A DNA stretch of 64,000 bases, from positions 1-64,000 of the forward strand of contig CAXXVK010000035.1 in the NCBI GenBank assembly GCA_963676915.2, in the 5' to 3' direction. Positions 58,386 through 64,000 of this stretch are shown here, in pieces. The stretch is from Myxococcota bacterium (GTDB taxonomy: Bacteria; Myxococcota_A; SURF-8; G963663525). The notes beneath the pieces were generated by a model that made no database searches, had not been told where the DNA came from, and was given only the letters and a program-made list of their open reading frames with translations. The position numbers were made by a program, and so were the translations under genes. Within the stretch, counting starts at the first letter, position 1; every line of letters begins with the position of its first letter.

Positions 58386-58876
58386 CAAAACGTTGGAAGG
58401 ATGGAAGCAATTCCACCATGAGCTTAAGATCTGGAGAAAGACCTGAAGGATACAAATACAGTCCTAGTGTTGTATCCTGGAGCCTCCAGAACCATAAAAG
58501 CCAAGAAACCCCACCGACAAAAAATATTGAAAAATACGCAATATAATCAATACCTTAGAAGAAGGCATCGGAAAAACCTTACAATTCATACATTGAATAT
58601 ATTCATAACCGAAAAGAAAATCATTATTAATATCGGCAAGTTAGAGAATTTCTAAAGCTTTAGAACGCTCCGTGCGATTTGAAGCAAGAATTTCGGGGAA
58701 AATTTTCAGAAAAAAAGTATTTTTAATATAGTGACAACAATATACACAAGTCCTTGAAAACAGGGAGGGATTGGCGCGCTGTTCAGGAAGTGAACAATGT
58801 TGTTTTTTTCGACGTTAAATTGCCCTGAAATTCGCTAAATGACCTGAAATAAACCGTTTTTTCATCTTGCGACTGC

Positions 58877-58925
58877 ACACTATATACGGTAGGGTCGTTT
58901 AAATGGATCACACCATATATGGGGT
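58877..58925 (+). promoter_or_regulatory. Tandem NrdR boxes
   Basis: ACACTATATACGGTAG (58877) and ACACCATATATGGGGT (58910), starts 33 bp apart, upstream of nrdJ. Confidence 0.8.
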
Positions 58926-59194
58926 GGTAAAAAATTTTTCTTTGACAATTTTCCGTTTGCCAAGTAGCTTGAATACACGAACCGACGACGTGCGAAAAGG
59001 TTGGTTCGAAACCAAAATAAAACGAAGCAGGGAAAAGCGTAACTCCGCAGAACCATACAGGTTTGTCAATTTCCGAGCCAAGCGGAAAACAGGATTGTTT
59101 TGGCCTGAATTCGGCGAACGCGGAGAGAAAAGAACAGCGATAACACATCATGAAACACATCACGGACATCATCCGATACCGATAAGGAGGCGAC

Positions 59195-62092
59195 ATGAAC
59201 ACGACGTGGATTCCGGACGACCGGTCGACCAAAGACAACGACAATGGCAATGGAAGTGGGAAACAAGCGATGGAAACAGGGTCCAAATCCAAAAAAGAAC
59301 GCTATCTCGGGGAAAACCTTATCGAGAATATCAAGGGTGGAACGTGGCGTATCCGTACCGAACATCTGCCCCACCCCGGTCCGGGCGGCGGTCTGGAATG
59401 GACTCGCTATTTTACCGAAAAAGGCAAGCATCCCTACGATGATATCGAGTGGACCGAGTTCGAAGCCAAAATCACCAACGACAAAGGTAAAGTGATTTTC
59501 GAGCAGCCCGGCATCGAAGCGCCGAAAAGCTGGTCGCAACTTGCCGTCAATGTCGTCGTGTCGAAATATTTTCGGGGAAAACTGGGTGAACCGACCCGCG
59601 AACGCAGTATCCGTGATCTCGTGGGTCGCGTGGCCGATACCATCTCCAATTGGGGACGGGTTCAAGGCTATTTTAAAACCGGTGAGGACGCTCGCGCTTT
59701 CAACGAAGAGTTGACCTTCCTGCTGGTCAACCAGTACGGCAGCTTCAACAGCCCCGTGTGGTTCAACGTCGGTGTCGAGGAACATCCCCAGGGGTCGGCC
59801 TGCTTCATCAATCAGGTGGATGACACGATGGAATCCATCATGGATCTGGCCAAAACCGAAGGCATGCTGTTCAAATACGGTTCCGGTACCGGCACCAACC
59901 TGTCGTCCCTGCGTTCCAGCAAAGAACATCTCTCGGCGGGCGGTATCGCCTCGGGTCCGGTATCGTTCATGAAGGGCTTCGACGCCTTTGCGGGCGTGAT
60001 CAAGTCGGGTGGCAAAACCCGTCGCGCCGCCAAAATGGTGATGCTGGATGTCGATCATCCCGACATCGAAACCTTTATCAAGTGCAAGGTCAAAGAAGAA
60101 GAAAAAGCCTATGCATTGATGGAAATGGGCTTTAAAGGCGGTATCGACGGCGAGGCGTATTCCTCCGTCTTTTTCCAAAATTCCAACAATTCCGTCCGCG
60201 TCTCGGACGATTTCATGCAAATCCTGGAAGACAATGGCGACTGGTACACCCGCGCCGTGACCGACAAACGACCGATGGACAAATACAAAGCCGGTGATCT
60301 GATGAACATGATCGCCGACAGCGCATGGAAATGCGGCGACCCCGGCCTGCAATACGATTCGACCATCAACCGTTGGCATACCTGTAAAGGAGCGGGACGC
60401 ATCAACGCCTCGAACCCTTGTTCCGAATACATGTTCCTCGACAACTCCGCCTGCAACCTCGCGTCGCTCAACCTCCTGAAATTCCTTGGAGAAAACGACA
60501 GATTCGACACCGAAGCCTTCGAGCACGCGGTGGATACCTTCATCATGGCGCAGGAGATCATCGTCAGCAACGCCAGTTACCCCCGCGACCGTATCGCCGC
60601 CAACAGCCATGTCTATCGACCTTTGGGACTGGGCTATGCGAACCTGGGAGCCATGCTGATGTCCTGCGGACTGCCGTACGACAGCGACGAAGGCCGGGTC
60701 AAAGCCGGAGCCGTCACCGCCCTGATGACCGGTCGTGCCTACAAAGCTTCCGCCGGTATAGCGGAAAAAATGGGACCGTTCCTCGATTATCCCCGCAACC
60801 GGGATAGTTTCCTGGGAGTCATCGGTTTGCACAAGCAGGCGGTGGAAGCCCTGGCGCAGGATCGCGACGAAGATCCCTTGATCCAGGCTGCAAAACGTGC
60901 CTGGGACGACGCTCTCGACCTCGGCAGCCGAGTGGGCTATCGCAATGCGCAGGTGAGCGTTCTGGCTCCTACCGGAACCATTGCCTTCATGATGGACTGC
61001 GATACCACCGGTATCGAACCGGATCTGGCGCTTGTCAAATACAAAAAGCTGGCCGGTGGCGGTATGTTGAAAATCGTCAACAACAGCGTACCCCGTGCGT
61101 TGAAACGCCTGAACTACGACGAGCAGACCAGCAAAGAAATCGTAGACTTTATTCACGAAAACGACACGATAGAAGGCTGCACCAAACTGCGTCCCGAGCA
61201 TCTGTCCGTATTCGATTGCGCCTTCCGTCCCGCCAACGGCGAGCGGTCGATTCACTACAACGGGCATTTGCGCATGATGGGTGCGGTTCAGCCGTTCATT
61301 TCGGGCGCGATCAGCAAAACGGTCAATATGCCCAACGAGGCCACCCAGGAAGACATCATCGACGTCTACAAACGCGGCTGGAAACTCGGACTGAAAGCGG
61401 TGGCGGTGTATCGTGATGGCTCCAAAGCCGCGCAACCGCTGTATCTGAAGAAAAAGAAAGAAAAAGCCAAGGCCGAAGCGGTGGTTGAAACCACACCGAA
61501 GCCGATCCGTCGCAAGCCGCCGGAAGAACGTGAGGCGATCACCCACAAATTCTCTATCGCCGGGCACGAAGGATACATCACCGTCGGCAAGTACAAAGAC
61601 GGCTCTCCCTGCGAAATCTTCCTGACCATCGCCAAAGAAGGCAGCACGGTATCCGGTCTGATGGACGGCTTCGCCACCATGACATCACTGGCTCTGCAAT
61701 ACGGCACGCCACTGGAAACCCTGGTCGAGAAATTCAGCCACATGCGTTTCGAACCGCAGGGCTTCACCACCAACGGCGAGATTCCGATTGCGAAATCGGT
61801 GTATGACTACATTTTCCGCTGGCTGGCGTCGAAATTCCTCGATCCCAGTCAAAACCAGGAGTTGGGCAACCATCTTCCGAAAACGATGACCGACGGCGAC
61901 TCCCCCTTGCTGCGGGCCGAGGAAGAAAAGGCCAAGACCGAAGCGGCGGGAACCCCGGACATGTTCCAGGAAGTCAGCACGTTCATCAACGACAAGGACG
62001 CACCGAGTTGTCCGGGATGCGGGACCATCATGACCCGCAACGGTGCGTGCTACAAATGTGGAAACTGCGGCGCAACCAGCGGTTGTAGCTGA
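59195..62092 (+). CDS. nrdJ: Vitamin B12-dependent (class II) ribonucleotide reductase with TSCPD and C-terminal zinc-finger domains
   Basis: 'FNSPVWFN', 'SACFI', 'SNPCSEY', 'APTGTI', 'AISKTVN', 'YRDGSK', terminal 'CPGCG...CYKCGNCGATSGCS'. Confidence 0.96.
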   Translation: MNTTWIPDDRSTKDNDNGNGSGKQAMETGSKSKKERYLGENLIENIKGGTWRIRTEHLPHPGPGGGLEWTRYFTEKGKHPYDDIEWTEFEAKITNDKGKVIFEQPGIEAPKSWSQLAVNVVVSKYFRGKLGEPTRERSIRDLVGRVADTISNWGRVQGYFKTGEDARAFNEELTFLLVNQYGSFNSPVWFNVGVEEHPQGSACFINQVDDTMESIMDLAKTEGMLFKYGSGTGTNLSSLRSSKEHLSAGGIASGPVSFMKGFDAFAGVIKSGGKTRRAAKMVMLDVDHPDIETFIKCKVKEEEKAYALMEMGFKGGIDGEAYSSVFFQNSNNSVRVSDDFMQILEDNGDWYTRAVTDKRPMDKYKAGDLMNMIADSAWKCGDPGLQYDSTINRWHTCKGAGRINASNPCSEYMFLDNSACNLASLNLLKFLGENDRFDTEAFEHAVDTFIMAQEIIVSNASYPRDRIAANSHVYRPLGLGYANLGAMLMSCGLPYDSDEGRVKAGAVTALMTGRAYKASAGIAEKMGPFLDYPRNRDSFLGVIGLHKQAVEALAQDRDEDPLIQAAKRAWDDALDLGSRVGYRNAQVSVLAPTGTIAFMMDCDTTGIEPDLALVKYKKLAGGGMLKIVNNSVPRALKRLNYDEQTSKEIVDFIHENDTIEGCTKLRPEHLSVFDCAFRPANGERSIHYNGHLRMMGAVQPFISGAISKTVNMPNEATQEDIIDVYKRGWKLGLKAVAVYRDGSKAAQPLYLKKKKEKAKAEAVVETTPKPIRRKPPEEREAITHKFSIAGHEGYITVGKYKDGSPCEIFLTIAKEGSTVSGLMDGFATMTSLALQYGTPLETLVEKFSHMRFEPQGFTTNGEIPIAKSVYDYIFRWLASKFLDPSQNQELGNHLPKTMTDGDSPLLRAEEEKAKTEAAGTPDMFQEVSTFINDKDAPSCPGCGTIMTRNGACYKCGNCGATSGCS

Positions 62093-62169
62093 TTCGTCGA
62101 GGTTTCGGAGACCTCCTTCTTCTTCAGAGGAAAAAACTCCCCCTCCCTGGTTTTTTCCTCACCCCTCCC

Positions 62170-62199
62170 ACCGGGACGTTTTGAACGTCCCGGTTTTTT
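62170..62199 (+). terminator. Intrinsic terminator after nrdJ
   Basis: ACCGGGACGTT-ttg-AACGTCCCGGT followed by a T tract. Confidence 0.8.
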
Positions 62200-62307
62200 C
62201 GTGTGCAGATTTTCACGATAATTTGGCTTTTTTTACCATTTCGAGTACACTTGGACCACGGGACAACCTCTCCACGGAAATGACAGGAAGTATGGACGCG
62301 TTTGAAC

Positions 62308-63285
62308 ATGAAAAAATGCGGATGGAAGTCGTACGGTTCGTTTTGGCTGCACCGGATTGCGGTGCCGGTCATTGTCCTGGTCTGGTTGACGGTATCGCAG
62401 GCTCGTGCCGAATTGCGCCTGATTCCCCGTGAAGACTCTCCCGATGCGATCCAGGCTCCCAGTTCTCTAAGCGTCGTTGCCAAACCGGAAGCCCCAAGCT
62501 TCATGTCTATCGATGTCGGCGACGCCATCAAATCCACCCCCTTGCAAATGTTCCGTAACGATCTGGGCACCACGATCTACGCCCAACAGCTTTCGGAATC
62601 GGAAGGAACCTCGGCATCGGACTCCAAAGCGGGGAATTTCGGGGTCGGAGCCGATGCCGCCGCGACGGAAGGACGACAGATCCTCACCGTTCCCTTGTCA
62701 CTGGAAGTCGATCAGGTCGCCATGCTCTGCCTGGATTTACCGGTCGTCTTTTCCTCACGCCGCAAGGGAGAAAATCACTGGGGGATCGGGGATATCTCGG
62801 CGGGAATCGTCTATCGCTTTTTAGATCTGTACGAAGACAACCTGCGGGTAGTGTACGTCCTCAAGCTGAAACTGCCGACCGGTAGCCGTTCGTGGGATAC
62901 GGGAAACGGCCTGACGGAATGGTACACGGGCCTGACGTTCATCGGCAAAGCAGGACGCTTTTTACCGCAAGGTGGGCAGGATGTACGTATCAATTCCAAC
63001 GATTTGTTCGCCAATACCTATGGAGGACTGGACTACAATCCCGCCATATCGGTGAAATGGTTGTATGTAGGGGGGCGATTGATCTGGTCCACCCAGGTAA
63101 GAAACTGGGGAATCGGAAGAGAGAACCGAACGAGCGGTTTTTTATCTATCGCACCGGGAGTGAACATTCTGTACGCTCGCACATTTTCGGCTTATTTCAA
63201 TGTTTCCGTGCCGGTTGCCGGTACGAAAAACGCCCGCTTCCGGTATTGGCCGGTATTCAATTTCGGTACGACCCATGTATTTTAA
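62308..63285 (+). CDS. Probable outer-membrane beta-barrel protein (MetA-pathway/transporter-like)
   Basis: Signal peptide; 'GIGDISAG..YRF', 'LKLPTG....TGNG'; terminal Phe. Confidence 0.65.
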   Translation: MKKCGWKSYGSFWLHRIAVPVIVLVWLTVSQARAELRLIPREDSPDAIQAPSSLSVVAKPEAPSFMSIDVGDAIKSTPLQMFRNDLGTTIYAQQLSESEGTSASDSKAGNFGVGADAAATEGRQILTVPLSLEVDQVAMLCLDLPVVFSSRRKGENHWGIGDISAGIVYRFLDLYEDNLRVVYVLKLKLPTGSRSWDTGNGLTEWYTGLTFIGKAGRFLPQGGQDVRINSNDLFANTYGGLDYNPAISVKWLYVGGRLIWSTQVRNWGIGRENRTSGFLSIAPGVNILYARTFSAYFNVSVPVAGTKNARFRYWPVFNFGTTHVF

Positions 63286-63357
63286 CGTCCAAACGAATCA
63301 AAGACTGAAAAAGGCCAAAACAAATCCCAGGGCCGGGAATTGTCGGAGGGAACGACC

Positions 63358-64000
63358 ATGACGACATCACGAATCTGGAGCGCAGCAGCCGTTCTGCTGT
63401 CGGTGAGTTGGTTGTTGGTATTGGGAACGGTGGATTTCGGCTGCCTTGCCTATGAAGACGACGAATTGATCAACAATCCCGGCGGTGACACCACGGAAAA
63501 TCCTCTCCCCGGAGAAAAATGGGTGGTCTGGCGCGGACAGGAAATCCTTGCCTCCACGTCGAATACCGATGGCGATACGGACCTTGACGTCGAAGACGAT
63601 TCTGAAATAGAGGAAAACGAAACCTCCGAAGAAGAATCGGAAACAGAGGAAATCGTTGCGAAAATCCGCACGTCAACCGGTGGAGAAAGGAAGAACGCTG
63701 CTCGGGATTTCCCCGAAATCGTGGATTCCGCCTCGCGTTCTGGGGAAGATGTCTATCGGCTCCGGCCCGGAGCGGACACACTGTCTACGGGAGATCCGTT
63801 GGAAGCGTCATACGAATCGACCATGGAAGCCGGAGATGTCGATAACGAAACCGAAGACGACGCCGAAGTGGAAATCGTGGCCTCGGGCGATACTTTGTTA
63901 CCGGTGAATACCGCCGACTGGGGAGAAGAGTGCTACCGCACCAACCAGGCTTGCAGCGATACGTTGGACTGCCTCGTGGAATCCAACAGCGGTCTGAGTT
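63358..64000 (+). CDS. Secreted or lipoprotein with acidic low-complexity region, 3'-truncated at window edge
   Basis: ATG 63358 with GGAGGG RBS; MTTSRIWSAAAVLLSVSWLLVLGTVDFGC...; frame is open to the window end. Confidence 0.7.
   Translation, partial: MTTSRIWSAAAVLLSVSWLLVLGTVDFGCLAYEDDELINNPGGDTTENPLPGEKWVVWRGQEILASTSNTDGDTDLDVEDDSEIEENETSEEESETEEIVAKIRTSTGGERKNAARDFPEIVDSASRSGEDVYRLRPGADTLSTGDPLEASYESTMEAGDVDNETEDDAEVEIVASGDTLLPVNTADWGEECYRTNQACSDTLDCLVESNSGLS

Noticed and set aside
58386-59194. Cobalamin riboswitch or hidden gene upstream of nrdJ
   Set aside because: No B12-box was recognised, the ORFs here lack coding features, and the NrdR boxes account for regulation.
59066-61567. 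833-aa antisense ORF, and similar long shadow ORFs (382-1224, 8810-10099, 14680-15861, 30556-31725, 39873-41036, 46235-47527, 49457-50473, 52149-53387)
   Set aside because: They overlap well-supported genes, show no recognisable motifs, and are expected from GC-rich codon bias.
59195-62092. Intein or intron in nrdJ
   Set aside because: Catalytic motifs are colinear and no splice-junction or endonuclease motifs were seen; the extra length is explained by the TSCPD and zinc-finger domains.

Overview
Chromosomal window from a moderately GC-rich bacterium whose gene content resembles Myxococcota/deltaproteobacteria (TIGR02147, TIGR02266-type PilZ, PEGA/Kelch pair, Cys-rich lipoproteins, Hsp70/J-domain pair, sigma54-type pilin promoter); taxonomy is inferred. 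It holds about 40 CDS. Housekeeping genes (typA, glnA, rhlE-like helicase, sppA, trmL, serine acetyltransferase, glmM, frr, class II nrdJ with tandem NrdR boxes) are interspersed with large secreted Cys-rich or modular lipoproteins. No tRNA, rRNA, CRISPR array, transposase or prophage was recognised. The most unusual observations are: (1) an intact AroB-AroA fusion in which nearly all catalytic residues of both enzymes are replaced, directly downstream of a surface papain-like protease; (2) a ~140-nt structured RNA candidate in front of a degenerate FmdE-like gene; (3) a ~220-bp imperfect palindromic element and a GTAG-type REP family; (4) a PEGA/beta-barrel gene carrying six apparent +1 homopolymer insertions; (5) a ~500-aa insertion that splits an Ig-like domain of a 1.7-kaa lipoprotein; (6) a lid-less Hsp70 paired with an HTD-motif J protein downstream of an out-of-context frr. 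All calls come from visual motif recognition; no searches were run.
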